Positions 19,988 through 29,425 are shown, numbered from the stretch's first letter. The stretch: DNA of 64,000 nt from Desulfovibrionaceae bacterium (GCA_963677785.2 CAXXDH010000003.1:2255534-2319533), one strand, 5' to 3'. The notes: a model not told the origin generated them from the letters alone. Translations and numbers: made by a program.

Positions 19988-21430
19988 TCATTCGTCCGGA
20001 GCGCCGTCGTCCGCTTTTTGCAGTTTCCTGAACACGGTGCTTCGGTTGACCCCCAGGGCCTTTGCCGCCTTGGGGATTGATCCGTAGGCGGATATGGCAT
20101 TTTTGAGGATTTGCACCTCGTAATGCTTCATGATTTCCTTGAAGCTTTGTCCCTTGAATTTTTCGATATCCAGCGTCTCTTCGTTGCAGGAGCATTCCGT
20201 CTCGGTGCTTTTGCCCGAAATGGAGCAGGGCAGGTCTTCCATCTGAATGATGTTGTTGTCGCAGGTGACCACAAGGCTGTGGATCAGGTTTTCCAGTTCA
20301 CGCAAGTTTCCGGGCCACTCGTAATTGAGCATGATTTCTTCGGCCATGGCGGAAAAACGAATGCTCCTTTTGTAGCGGTTGTTGAACTGCTGAATGAAAA
20401 AATGGATCAGCTCCAGCAGATCTTCCACGCGTTCGCGCAATGGCGGGATATGCACCACGGCCACCATCAGTCGGTAATACAGATCGCGTCTGAAATTTCC
20501 TTTCTCCACCTCGTCGGCCAGATCGCGGTTGGTGGCGGCCACAACCCGGACATTTATTTTTTTTGCGGTGGTTGCGCCGATACGTTGAATTTCTCCGTCT
20601 TGCAGAACCCGTAACAGCTTGCCCTGCAACAGCAAGGGAAGTTCCCCGATTTCGTCCAGAAACAAGGTGCCCTTGTCCGCGGCTTCGAAAAGCCCGCGTT
20701 TGCCTTTGGGGTCGGCGCCGGAAAAGGCGCCCGGCGCGTAGCCGAACAATTCGGACTCAATAAGATTTTCCGGGATGCAGGTGCAATCGACCTTGATCAA
20801 AGGGTTTTTCTGGCGGGCGCTGTGCTTGTGCAGCTCCTTGGCCATGACATCTTTGCCCACGCCGGTCTCTCCCAGGCAAAGCACTGTGGCGTCGGTTTTG
20901 GCGATACGCCGTACCTGCTGAAAAAGCTCCTGCATGATTTTGCTTTTGGGGGTCAGATAGAGGGAGGCCGCTGTTTGGGTGACGCCCTGCCGGAAGGATT
21001 CGATGAGTTGCAGCTGCGTGGAAACCTGGTTCTTGAGGTGCGACATCAGCTCTATGTCGCGTACGTAGGTGACGACCATTTCAACGTCGTTGTCATAATC
21101 GAAAATCGGGTTGGCAACCAGCAGCACCTTGCGTCCCTTGTGAATGACCTGGACCGCGGTGACGGTTTTTTTCGTCTGTACCACTTCGCTATTCAAGGCG
21201 ACGCTGAAAATACCGTTCTTCACAAGCTCGGAAACGTTTTTGCCGAGCAAATCCGAGGCACTCAAGCCGGTGAGATTTTCATACATTGCATTGACGGCGA
21301 TGGTGACGCCATTTTTGTCCGTAATATACAAGCCGTCGTTCAGACTATCGAAGACGTGGCACAGGTGGCTTGCAATCAAATCCTTTCGCGCCTGCAGAAT
21401 ATGCTGCTGATGCAGTATGGAAAAGCTCAT
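19988..21430 (-). CDS. sigma-54-dependent transcriptional activator (PAS - AAA+ - HTH)
   Basis: ORF 19988..21790 trimmed to the ATG at 21430 (MSFSILHQQ...). The upstream part overlaps tauE in another frame. PAS-like N-terminus, Walker A GETGVGKD, GAFSGA motif, and C-terminal Fis-type HTH AAKALGVNRSTVFRKL. Confidence 0.9.
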   Translation of the reverse strand: MSFSILHQQHILQARKDLIASHLCHVFDSLNDGLYITDKNGVTIAVNAMYENLTGLSASDLLGKNVSELVKNGIFSVALNSEVVQTKKTVTAVQVIHKGRKVLLVANPIFDYDNDVEMVVTYVRDIELMSHLKNQVSTQLQLIESFRQGVTQTAASLYLTPKSKIMQELFQQVRRIAKTDATVLCLGETGVGKDVMAKELHKHSARQKNPLIKVDCTCIPENLIESELFGYAPGAFSGADPKGKRGLFEAADKGTLFLDEIGELPLLLQGKLLRVLQDGEIQRIGATTAKKINVRVVAATNRDLADEVEKGNFRRDLYYRLMVAVVHIPPLRERVEDLLELIHFFIQQFNNRYKRSIRFSAMAEEIMLNYEWPGNLRELENLIHSLVVTCDNNIIQMEDLPCSISGKSTETECSCNEETLDIEKFKGQSFKEIMKHYEVQILKNAISAYGSIPKAAKALGVNRSTVFRKLQKADDGAPDE

Positions 21431-22161
21431 TAAAACTCCTGAAACACTGGAATAATTTGAGACAACCCGGCAAAAAGCAAGACACAGAGCAACAGGGTAC
21501 GGTTTGACTTCGGGGCAAAATGTCTGGAGAACTTGATGCCGATAAAACCACCCAGCAATGCCGCCGGGCCGGCCATGGCGAAATAGGTTATTGTCTGCGC
21601 GTTCTGAAGTCCAGCCAAGAACTGGCCGCCGAGAATGGCGGAGCCGCTGATAATGAACGAAGCCCCGAGAATTCCCTTGGCCTCGTCCGCACTCCAGCCC
21701 GACATGGTGACGAACATGCCCAGCGGCGGACCATTGAAACCAAATGCCGCACCCAGAAAGGTCGAACAGATTCCGGCGGGCACGCCCCACAGCGGGCGAA
21801 TTCCTTTGGGAGCCTTTTTTTCAAGGAACAGGGCGTAGAGCGAATACAGAATAAGAAAAATTCCCATCAGGATTTTCAAGATTCCGTTGTCCAGCATACG
21901 GATGCAGTAGATTCCGGCAAATACTCCGAGTACGCAGCCTGCGACTATGTAGATCAAATGAGCCCAGCGTATGCTTTGCCTGTAGCTCCAGGCCAGCTGC
22001 AGGTTCAGCAGCAGTACGATCAGGGTGGAGCTGGGCACGGCAAGATTCAATGGAACAAAGTGCGCCACAATGGGCATGGCTACCATGGCCGCACCCAATC
22101 CAACGACATGATTGATAAATCCGGCCAGGCACCAGGAAAAAGTAAAAACGGCTAAGGTCAT
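21430..22161 (-). CDS. tauE: TauE/SafE-family sulfite/sulfonate exporter-like permease
   Basis: 243 aa, multi-TM, DUF81/TauE-like sequence. GAGGAG RBS. Its stop overlaps the EBP start by 1 nt (TAATG). Confidence 0.8.
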   Translation of the reverse strand: MTLAVFTFSWCLAGFINHVVGLGAAMVAMPIVAHFVPLNLAVPSSTLIVLLLNLQLAWSYRQSIRWAHLIYIVAGCVLGVFAGIYCIRMLDNGILKILMGIFLILYSLYALFLEKKAPKGIRPLWGVPAGICSTFLGAAFGFNGPPLGMFVTMSGWSADEAKGILGASFIISGSAILGGQFLAGLQNAQTITYFAMAGPAALLGGFIGIKFSRHFAPKSNRTLLLCVLLFAGLSQIIPVFQEF

Positions 22162-22197
22162 GGTCTCCTCACAAACCCGTATTTTGCGTCAAAGGGA

Positions 22198-22251
22198 GAA
22201 AGCAAAAAGCAAGCCGAAAAGGATCCTTTTGTTGGCTTGCTTTTTGCTTTC
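22198..22251. promoter_or_regulatory. 54-bp palindromic element containing two divergent sigma-54-type -24/-12 boxes
   Basis: 18-bp perfect inverted repeat (22198-22215 / 22234-22251) around the palindrome aaaaggatcctttt. The + strand reads TGGCTTGCTTTTTGC (22233-22247). The - strand reads CGGCTTGCTTTTTGC. Both have GG-N10-GC spacing and sit 40-50 nt from the two divergent start codons. Confidence 0.5.
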
Positions 22252-22294
22252 GGGCCTTTTGACCCGGAGATGTAAATTTTAAAGGAGACTTTTA

Positions 22295-23131
22295 ATGAAT
22301 GTAATTGATTTCAGGTTCAGACCCCATACTCCCGAAGTGGTAAACGGCATAGCCACAAGCGCCATGTTCAAAGACCTCTGCGCTGCCACCAATTTTGATA
22401 AATGCCGGCCCGAGCCCTTTGATGCCATCATCAAGGGCCTGGAGGAAAATAACGTGGTCAAGGCGGTCATTACGGGGCGCGATTGCGAGAGCACGTACGC
22501 TTCCATGGCCAACGGCAACGGCAGCCTCCTGGAGTTTTGCCGGAAAGCTCCGGACACATTCATCGGCTATTGGGGTGTGGATCCGCACAAGGGCATGGCC
22601 GCGATTCGCGATCTGGAACAAGCGGTGCGGAACAATGAAACCATTCGGGGCGCGGCCATTGATCCCTACCTGGCCAAGATTTACCCCCATGACGCCAAGT
22701 ATTATCCGGTTTACGCCAAGTGCTGCGAGCTCGACGTGCCGATTATCATGACAACCGGAACGGCAAGCTTTGTGCCCGGCGCCGTGATCGACCACGTGGC
22801 TCCCCGTTATATCGACTACGTCGCCCGTGATTTTCCCGAACTCAAGATTATCATGAGCCACGGCGGTTACCCCTGGGTGGCGGAAGCCATCATCGTCACG
22901 CAGCGCAACAAGAACGTTTTTATTGAAATGTCCGAATACGAGCTGTGGCCCCATGCCGACGTCTACACCAAGGCGACCAATGAGCTCATTTCCGACAAGA
23001 TGCTCTTTGCCTCCGCCCATCCGTTTGTGGATTATCGCGAGCAACTCGAAAAGTACGCCGCATTACCGTTTGAAAAGGAAGTCTACGAAAAAGTCATGTA
23101 CAAAAATGCTGCGCGTGTGCTTGGGCTTTAG
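22295..23131 (+). CDS. amidohydrolase-2-family (TIM-barrel metal-dependent hydrolase/decarboxylase-like) protein
   Basis: 278 aa. IDFRFRPHT... N-terminus, ...IIMSHGGYPW..., ...FASAHPF... motifs typical of the Amidohydro_2 family. AGGAGA RBS. Confidence 0.75.
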   Translation: MNVIDFRFRPHTPEVVNGIATSAMFKDLCAATNFDKCRPEPFDAIIKGLEENNVVKAVITGRDCESTYASMANGNGSLLEFCRKAPDTFIGYWGVDPHKGMAAIRDLEQAVRNNETIRGAAIDPYLAKIYPHDAKYYPVYAKCCELDVPIIMTTGTASFVPGAVIDHVAPRYIDYVARDFPELKIIMSHGGYPWVAEAIIVTQRNKNVFIEMSEYELWPHADVYTKATNELISDKMLFASAHPFVDYREQLEKYAALPFEKEVYEKVMYKNAARVLGL

Positions 23132-23216
23132 CCTATGATCGAGTAAAAACAGAATCCTTAGGATAAATTTTTGGGGATTTTGTTTGAAATAAGCGTGTTA
23201 CGGATGAGTCTCATTT

Positions 23217-23322
23217 TTGCAACATGTTGCAAAAATGCACCATTCTCGGACTGATAGGGGGAACATCCATCATACCGGAATGTTGCGGAAGTATTGAGGA
23301 GAGCATGGTGCAAAATTGCACC
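23217..23322. promoter_or_regulatory. candidate enhancer (UAS) palindromes upstream of the TRAP operon
   Basis: Perfect 16-bp palindrome ttgcaacatgttgcaa (23217-23232) and inverted repeat GGTGCA-N4-TGCACC (23307-23322), with further TGCACC half-sites. They lie 110-210 nt upstream of a sigma-54-type promoter. Confidence 0.4.
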
Positions 23323-23428
23323 ATTTGTTGCACCTGCAATGGCTGAAATGGTGATTCCGAATCGCATGGCACAGGAAAATCCGACATAATTGCACGTAGC
23401 GGTTGTCTTTGCATAGCAAAACAAAACA

Positions 23429-23443
23429 TGGAATGCTCTTTGC
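23429..23443 (+). promoter_or_regulatory. sigma-54-type promoter (-24/-12) of the TRAP transporter genes
   Basis: TGGAATGCTCTTTGC has GG-N10-GC spacing and a TTGC -12 box, 57 nt upstream of the dctP-like ATG. A pattern this short also occurs by chance. Confidence 0.5.
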
Positions 23444-23500
23444 TTTTGATGTGAAAAAAAGACCAAACCTTTAACTTTTTTCAACAACATGGAGTGACTG

Positions 23501-24523
23501 ATGGCAAAATTTTTATCCAGAATCGGACTGTTCGTGGGACTGGCCTCTATCTGCATGCTTTTCGTGGTTTGCGCCCATCCCGGTGTGTCCCACGCGCGTG
23601 CGTTGAAAATCCGCCTGGCCCACCCCATGGCTCCAGGCAATAACGTGACCCTGGGGTATGAAAAGTTCAAGGAAGTCCTGGAGAAGATTTCGGGCGGAAA
23701 AATCAAGGTGCAGCTCTTTCCCAACTGCACCATGGGCTCTGACCGCGACGGCATGGAAGCGGCTCAGCGCGGTTCCATTGAAATGGCTTCCAGCTCCTCT
23801 CCCAACATGGCCAATTTTTCCAAAAAATTTCTTATTTTCGACCTTCCGTACGTCACCAACGTAAAATACCAGAAAAATTTGTATAAAGCCCTGGATGAAG
23901 GCGATCTGGGCAAATACTTCGACGACCTGGCCGAAGAAATCAATCTGCGCCCCATCATGTTCAGCGAATACGGCTACCGTAATTTCGTCACCTCCGACAA
24001 ACCCATTGCCAAGGCTGCCGACCTCGCCAAGCTGAAGGTACGTACCACGGCTTCGCCGGTTGAAGTGGAAACCGCCAAGGCTCTGGGCATGAACCCCACC
24101 CCCATTGCCTGGGGCGAAGTGTACACCGCCATGCAGCAGGGCACCGTGGATGCCGAAGGCAACACCTTCTCCCTGCTCTGCGACGCCAAACATGACGAAG
24201 TTATCAAATACGCCATTGATTCGCGCCACAACTACAGCATGCATATGCTGATGTGCAACAACAAGTGGTGGAAAGGGCTGACCCCCGAGCAGCAGAATTG
24301 GATCAAGCAGGCCGCACATGAAGCGCTCGTCTACCAGCGCGGCATCACGGCCGAACTGGAAGCCAAGGCCACCAAGAAAATGCTCGACGAAGGCATCAAG
24401 ATCCACAATCTCAGCGAAGCGGAACTCAACGAATTCAAGACCCTGACTCTCCCTGTCTGGGACCAGTTCCGCAAGGACATCCCCGCCGAACTGTTCGAGA
24501 TGATTTCCGCCACACAAAAATAG
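23501..24523 (+). CDS. dctP: TRAP transporter substrate-binding protein (DctP family)
   Basis: 340 aa. Signal peptide, then LRLAHPMAPGNNVTLGYEKFKE..., ...GSDRDGMEAAQRGSIEMA... typical of DctP-type binding proteins. Confidence 0.9.
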   Translation: MAKFLSRIGLFVGLASICMLFVVCAHPGVSHARALKIRLAHPMAPGNNVTLGYEKFKEVLEKISGGKIKVQLFPNCTMGSDRDGMEAAQRGSIEMASSSSPNMANFSKKFLIFDLPYVTNVKYQKNLYKALDEGDLGKYFDDLAEEINLRPIMFSEYGYRNFVTSDKPIAKAADLAKLKVRTTASPVEVETAKALGMNPTPIAWGEVYTAMQQGTVDAEGNTFSLLCDAKHDEVIKYAIDSRHNYSMHMLMCNNKWWKGLTPEQQNWIKQAAHEALVYQRGITAELEAKATKKMLDEGIKIHNLSEAELNEFKTLTLPVWDQFRKDIPAELFEMISATQK

Positions 24524-24605
24524 TCCACTTTATCGAAACCACATTCCCTGTTCGCGGCGGCCCTTTACATCAGGGCCGCTGCGTACGGGCTAGAAGGATC
24601 TCATA

Positions 24606-26507
24606 ATGACCACGCCCCAAAGTGCTCCCAATAAAAAGGGCTTTCTGGCCTGGCTGGATGAGAATGCGGAAAAGCCGTTTTTGTGTCTCGGGCTTCTGGC
24701 GATCATTTTGATTATCACATTCCAGACAGCCTATCGCTACATAATCGTAAATTTTTCGGATACTGCCAGTGCCGCCGTTTGGACAGAAGAGCTTTCCCGC
24801 TTCATTTTTATCTGGATTTCTTATCTTGCCGTGCCCTTGGCCATTAAACATCGCGAGAATATTCGTGTTAATATTCTCTACGATAAATTCAGTCCCAGAT
24901 GGCAAAGCATTTTCTGGGTAGTCAACGACCTTTGTTTTCTTTTTCTGGGCGTCTATGTGACCTGCCTGGGCGTGCACATGATCGGAGAAGGCATGCGCTA
25001 TCCCCAGATGGCGCCGGCCATGCAGATCCCGTACTATATTCCTTACTGCATCGTCCCCCTTGGCTTTGCGTTGATCAGTTTTCGACTCATTCAAGATATT
25101 TATCGCGAATTCAAGGTGTGTGGCCTCAAGGATTTTTTCAAAGCGGCCGTCATCACGGCCGTCATCATCGCCCCTGCCTATATCCTCTGGTATCTGCCGG
25201 AATTTGAAGCCTTTGAAAATTTCGAGCCTTCCGCTTCGCTCATCCTTTTCGGCTATTTTCTTCTGGTGCTGGTCATCGGCGTGCCCATCGGCATCGGCCT
25301 GGGCCTGGCGTCGCTTCTGACTATCCTGGCGACCGGAACCATCGACCTCGGATACATTGCCCAGATCAGCTTCACCTCCATCGACAGCTTCCCCATCATG
25401 GCTATTCCCTTTTTCGTGGCCGCGGGCATTTTTATGGGGGAGGGCGGTCTCTCGGAGAGGTTGCTGGCTCTGGCGGATGAAATGCTGGGGGCGCTTCCCG
25501 GCGGCCTGGCCATCGCGTCCGTGGCGACCTGCATGTTCTTTGCCGCCATTTCGGGTTCCGGACCGGCCACAGTGGCCGCCATCGGCTCGTTGACCATTCC
25601 GGCCATGATAAAACGCGGATACAATACCTACTTCGCCTGCGCTATCGTCGCGGCCGGCGGCGCCATCGGCGTTATGATTCCTCCGAGCAACCCATTCGTC
25701 ATTTACGGCGTGTCGGCCCAGACCTCCATCGGCGACCTGTTTCTTGCCGGTATCGTCCCCGGCGTGCTGACCGGTCTGGTGCTCATGGGCTACAGCTACT
25801 GGTACTCCAAGAAAAACGGCTGGATGGGCGAGCCCAGAAAGCGAAGCCTGGGCACCTTTGCCAGGGCCGCATGGGACGCCAAGCTGGCTCTCATGGTTCC
25901 CGTCATCGTGCTCGGCGGCATCTACAGCGGGCTGATGACCCCGACCGAAGCCGCCGCGGTGTCCGCCTTTTATGGCCTGATCGTGGGCATGTTCGTCTAC
26001 AGGGGTTTGAACCGGCACAATATCGTCCGTACGCTGGTGGAAATTTGCTCCACGTCGGCGATCATTATCATTCTGATGGCCATGGCCAAGGTTTTCGGCC
26101 AGATCATGACCGTGGAAGCCATTCCCGCGCAGATCGCCTCGTACATTCTCGGACTGACCAGCAACAAGATCCTGATCCTGCTACTCTTCAACATCTTCCT
26201 GCTGTTTATCGGAACCTTCATGGAAGCCCTGGCCGCCATTGTCATTCTGGTGCCCATTCTGCTGCCCATCGCAGTGAAGGTCGGCGTCGACCCGATCCAT
26301 TTCGGCATCGTCATGGTCGTCAACCTGGCCATCGGTTTCATTACCCCGCCGGTCGGAGTCAACCTCTTTGTCGCTGCGGGCGTGGCCAAGGTGAAACTGG
26401 ATGATATCAGCAAGCACATTGCGCCGATCCTCATCCTGATGATCCTTGTCTTGTTGGCAATTACCTACGTGCCGGAATTGTCCCTGTGGGTTCTCGGTGA
26501 CAAATAA
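24606..26507 (+). CDS. TRAP transporter fused small/large permease (DctQ-DctM)
   Basis: 633 aa. The N-terminal ~170 aa are DctQ-like with 4 TM segments. The remainder is DctM-like (FVAAGIFMGEGGLSERL, ISGSGPATVAAIG). Confidence 0.9.
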   Translation: MTTPQSAPNKKGFLAWLDENAEKPFLCLGLLAIILIITFQTAYRYIIVNFSDTASAAVWTEELSRFIFIWISYLAVPLAIKHRENIRVNILYDKFSPRWQSIFWVVNDLCFLFLGVYVTCLGVHMIGEGMRYPQMAPAMQIPYYIPYCIVPLGFALISFRLIQDIYREFKVCGLKDFFKAAVITAVIIAPAYILWYLPEFEAFENFEPSASLILFGYFLLVLVIGVPIGIGLGLASLLTILATGTIDLGYIAQISFTSIDSFPIMAIPFFVAAGIFMGEGGLSERLLALADEMLGALPGGLAIASVATCMFFAAISGSGPATVAAIGSLTIPAMIKRGYNTYFACAIVAAGGAIGVMIPPSNPFVIYGVSAQTSIGDLFLAGIVPGVLTGLVLMGYSYWYSKKNGWMGEPRKRSLGTFARAAWDAKLALMVPVIVLGGIYSGLMTPTEAAAVSAFYGLIVGMFVYRGLNRHNIVRTLVEICSTSAIIIILMAMAKVFGQIMTVEAIPAQIASYILGLTSNKILILLLFNIFLLFIGTFMEALAAIVILVPILLPIAVKVGVDPIHFGIVMVVNLAIGFITPPVGVNLFVAAGVAKVKLDDISKHIAPILILMILVLLAITYVPELSLWVLGDK

Positions 26508-26521
26508 CTGATGCATTTGAA

Positions 26522-26556
26522 CAAAGCCCTGCAATTTCTTGCAGGGCTTTGTTTCC
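26522..26556 (+). terminator. hairpin terminator after the TRAP permease gene
   Basis: caaagccctgcaa (26522-26534) pairs with ttgcagggctttg (26539-26551) across a 4-nt loop, followed by tttcc. Confidence 0.6.
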
Positions 26557-26646
26557 AAGGCGCGATTCGTGTTTTCTAACCTGGATTATCTTTATTTTCT
26601 AAGAATTGTTATTGACTAAAAGGAATAGAAACATTCCAGGAACCAT

Positions 26647-26662
26647 GTTGCCGTTTTGCAAC
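26647..26662. promoter_or_regulatory. candidate enhancer site GTTGC-N6-GCAAC upstream of the glycyl radical enzyme gene
   Basis: gttgccgttttgcaac lies about 190 nt upstream of the 26843 promoter. It shares the GTTGC/GCAAC half-sites with the palindrome at 23217. Confidence 0.3.
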
Positions 26663-26842
26663 GAACGTATTCACAGGATGCCAAAACGCAACTTCCCCTT
26701 ATCCTGCTTGGTTATTGGATAAAAACAAACGTTTTGAAAAAATGATGCAGGTTTGCACCAGGGGAATACGGCTCCAGGCAAGACAGACGGAATAAATATA
26801 AAAAAATATTATATTTCAACTGGTTGTTTTTGTTTCTTTCGT

Positions 26843-26857
26843 TGGCACAGACTATGC
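26843..26857 (+). promoter_or_regulatory. sigma-54-type promoter of the glycyl radical enzyme operon
   Basis: TGGCACAGACTATGC has a perfect TGGCAC -24 box and GG-N10-GC spacing, 75 nt upstream of the ATG at 26932. Confidence 0.55.
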
Positions 26858-26931
26858 TTAACCCAAAACGGGTTCGTTCATAATTTAAAAAATTTGAAAA
26901 GTCGCAAAACACTTTATAGGAGAACAGACAG

Positions 26932-29412
26932 ATGGAATGCTGCCTCTCGCATCAGGAACAAATGCTGGAAAACAAAATCAAGGGTCTTGATAATCCGCAT
27001 CGCGAAACACACAAGCGCGTCTTCAAGATTCTCGACAGGATCGAAGGGCTCACCCCTTCCATCGACATTCAACGCGCCTTGTATTTTACGCAGTCCATGC
27101 AGGAGACGGAAGGCCAGCACCTGACCTTGCGCTGGGCAAAAGCGCTGTACAATATCGCCGAGAAAATCGATGTGTTCATCGATGAAGACAGCCTGATCTG
27201 CGGCCGTGCCGGCGCCGAAGGCCGCTACGGCATCCTGTATCCGGAGCTGGACGGCGATTTTCTGGATCTGGCGGTCAAAGAGCTGCCCACCCGTGAGAGC
27301 TCTCCCTTCACCATCACCCAGGAAGACGCCGACACGGTTGTCAACGAGATCGCTCCGTACTGGAAGGGCAAAACCTATCATGAAGCCTTGAACAAGGCCT
27401 TCAATTCCGAACTGCACGCGCTGACCTACGATGATCCCGACGGACTGCACTCCCGCTACATCGTCAACGAGACTTCCTCGTTTCGTTCCTGCCTGCAGTG
27501 GGTGCACGACTATGAAGTGATCCTGAAACGGGGCTTCGGCGGCATCCGGCGGGAAATGCAGGAAAAGCTCTACGCCCTGGATCCGTTTTCCCCCATCGAC
27601 AATGTCGAAAAGAAGCCCTTCATCGAAGCCATTATTCTGGTTTGCGACGCCATCACGCTTTGGGCCAACCGTCATGCCGATCTGGCCGAAGAACTGGCCG
27701 CCCAAGAGCAGGATGAAACCCGCAAGGCCGAACTGCTCGAAATGGCCAGAATGTGCCGCAAGGTTCCCGAGCATCCGGCCGAGACCTTTCATGAAGCCGT
27801 GCAGTCCCAGTGGATGACGCAGATGTTTTCCCGTCTGGAGCAGAAGACCGGTACGATTGTCTCCAACGGCAGAATGGACCAGTACCTGTACCCCTATTAC
27901 AAGAAAGACGTGGAAGAAGGCCGCCTGGACGACCTCAAGGCCATGGAACTTATCGAATGCATGTTCGTGGGCATGGCGCAGTTCATCGACCTCTACATCT
28001 CGCCCCAGGGCGGTGATTTCAACGAAGGCTACGCCCACTGGGAAGCCGTCACCGTCGGCGGACAGACCAAGGAGGGCCTGGACGCCACCAACGAACTTTC
28101 TTATCTGTTTCTGCGGTCCAAGCGTGAGTTCCCGCACCATTACCCAGACCTGGCCGCCCGTATTCACGCGCGCGCGCCGCAACGTTTCCTGGCCGAGGTC
28201 GCCGAAACCATCAAGGAAGGCTCCGGATTCCCGAAACTCATCAACGATGAGGAAGTCATTCCCCTGCACCTTTCCAAGGGCGCCACGTTCGAGGAAATCT
28301 ACGACTACGCCATCTCCGGTTGCGCGGAAATCCGTATGCCCAATCGCGATACGTACACTTCCGGCAACCCCTACATCAACTTTGCCGCGGCCATTGAAAT
28401 GGTTTTGTACAACGGCAAAATGCTGAAGTACGGCGACGAACAGCTCGGCCCCGTCACCGGCGATCCCTGCGAATTCAAGAGCTTTGACGAATTCCTCAAC
28501 GCCTACACCGTGCATCACAGGAACCTGCTCCGGAACGCCTTTACCCAGCAGGCCCATGTCATCAACCTGCGCAAGGATCATTTCGCGGCTCCGCTGGCCG
28601 ACGCCATGCATGCGCTTTGCCGTAAATACTACGTTGACATCCATCAGCCCGACGTGCCCGAAGGCATCGACCTCGGCTACTTCGAAGTCATCGGCTACGG
28701 TACGGTCATTGATTCGCTGGCCGCCGTCAAGAAGCTGGTGTTCGAAGACAAGAAGCTGACCATGAAACAGGTCATCGACGCGTGCAAAGCCAACTTTGAG
28801 GGCTACGAAGACGTCAAGGCGCTGCTCAAGACCGCTCCCTGCTACGGCAACAACGACGAATACGCCGACAAGCTCGGCAAATATGTGGACGCCCTGAGCG
28901 TAGAATACGCGGAAGCCTACCAGATGGAACTGGGCGTGCACCTGGACGTACGCTACGTACCGTTCACTTCGCATGTTCCGTTCGGACGCGTGGTCTCCGC
29001 CACTCCCAACGGCCGCGTGGCCTGGTACCCGCTCTCCGACGGTTCGTCCGCCTCGCACGGTGCGGACAAGAACGGCCCCACCGCCATTCTGATGTCCAAC
29101 TACACCACGAAAAACTTCAGCCACCGCGAGCGCGCCGCCCGCCTGGTCAACATCAAGTTCACTCCCAAATGCGTCGAGGGCGAGGAAGGGACGCAAAAGC
29201 TGGTCGACCTGATCCGGGCCTACTGCGACCTGCGCCTGTGGCACATTCAGTTCAACGTTATCAACGCGGATACCCTGATCAAGGCCCAGAAGAATCCCGA
29301 GCATTACCGCAACCTGATCGTACGTATCGCGGGTTACTCGGCCTACTTCTGCGACCTGTCCAAGGATCTTCAGGATGATTTGATCGCACGTACCGCACAC
29401 GAAGTCCTGTAA
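26932..29412 (+). CDS. islA: glycyl radical enzyme of the 1,2-eliminase class, probably isethionate sulfite-lyase
   Basis: 826 aa. C-terminal glycyl-radical motif [10 protein letters not shown] (G801) and Cys loop SGCAEI (C464, E466). R185, Q189 and R674 sit where I recall the sulfonate-binding residues of IslA, at a constant -4 offset. Adjacent activase, TRAP transporter and TauE. The family call is secure. The substrate call is recollection plus context. Confidence 0.85.
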   Translation: MECCLSHQEQMLENKIKGLDNPHRETHKRVFKILDRIEGLTPSIDIQRALYFTQSMQETEGQHLTLRWAKALYNIAEKIDVFIDEDSLICGRAGAEGRYGILYPELDGDFLDLAVKELPTRESSPFTITQEDADTVVNEIAPYWKGKTYHEALNKAFNSELHALTYDDPDGLHSRYIVNETSSFRSCLQWVHDYEVILKRGFGGIRREMQEKLYALDPFSPIDNVEKKPFIEAIILVCDAITLWANRHADLAEELAAQEQDETRKAELLEMARMCRKVPEHPAETFHEAVQSQWMTQMFSRLEQKTGTIVSNGRMDQYLYPYYKKDVEEGRLDDLKAMELIECMFVGMAQFIDLYISPQGGDFNEGYAHWEAVTVGGQTKEGLDATNELSYLFLRSKREFPHHYPDLAARIHARAPQRFLAEVAETIKEGSGFPKLINDEEVIPLHLSKGATFEEIYDYAISGCAEIRMPNRDTYTSGNPYINFAAAIEMVLYNGKMLKYGDEQLGPVTGDPCEFKSFDEFLNAYTVHHRNLLRNAFTQQAHVINLRKDHFAAPLADAMHALCRKYYVDIHQPDVPEGIDLGYFEVIGYGTVIDSLAAVKKLVFEDKKLTMKQVIDACKANFEGYEDVKALLKTAPCYGNNDEYADKLGKYVDALSVEYAEAYQMELGVHLDVRYVPFTSHVPFGRVVSATPNGRVAWYPLSDGSSASHGADKNGPTAILMSNYTTKNFSHRERAARLVNIKFTPKCVEGEEGTQKLVDLIRAYCDLRLWHIQFNVINADTLIKAQKNPEHYRNLIVRIAGYSAYFCDLSKDLQDDLIARTAHEVL

Positions 29413-29425
29413 CGCCGCAAGGACT

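Larger units (their letters stand above)
18914..20009 (+). repeat. tandem direct duplication, 2 x 548 bp
   Basis: Copy 1 (18914-19461) and copy 2 (19462-20009) align base for base. They differ by about 5 scattered substitutions plus a 44-bp patch with 13 substitutions (19215-19258 vs 19763-19806). Confidence 0.9.

Noticed and set aside
19988-21790. 600-aa version of the sigma-54 activator ORF.
   Set aside because: Residues 1-120 overlap the tauE-like gene in a different frame. The ATG at 21430 follows the tauE stop (TAATG) and begins the PAS domain.
23513-26018. Minus-strand ORFs of 334 aa and 482 aa opposite dctP and dctQM.
   Set aside because: They are antisense to well-supported TRAP genes. 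Their composition is dominated by G/H/D/R runs and no motifs were recognised.
26914-29400. 828-aa ORF on the minus strand covering the whole glycyl radical enzyme gene.
   Set aside because: It is the exact antisense shadow of an unmistakable GRE gene. The translation is low-complexity (runs of V/G/D/A/Q), with no motifs and no RBS. Long stop-free antisense frames are expected in GC-rich genes with strong codon bias.
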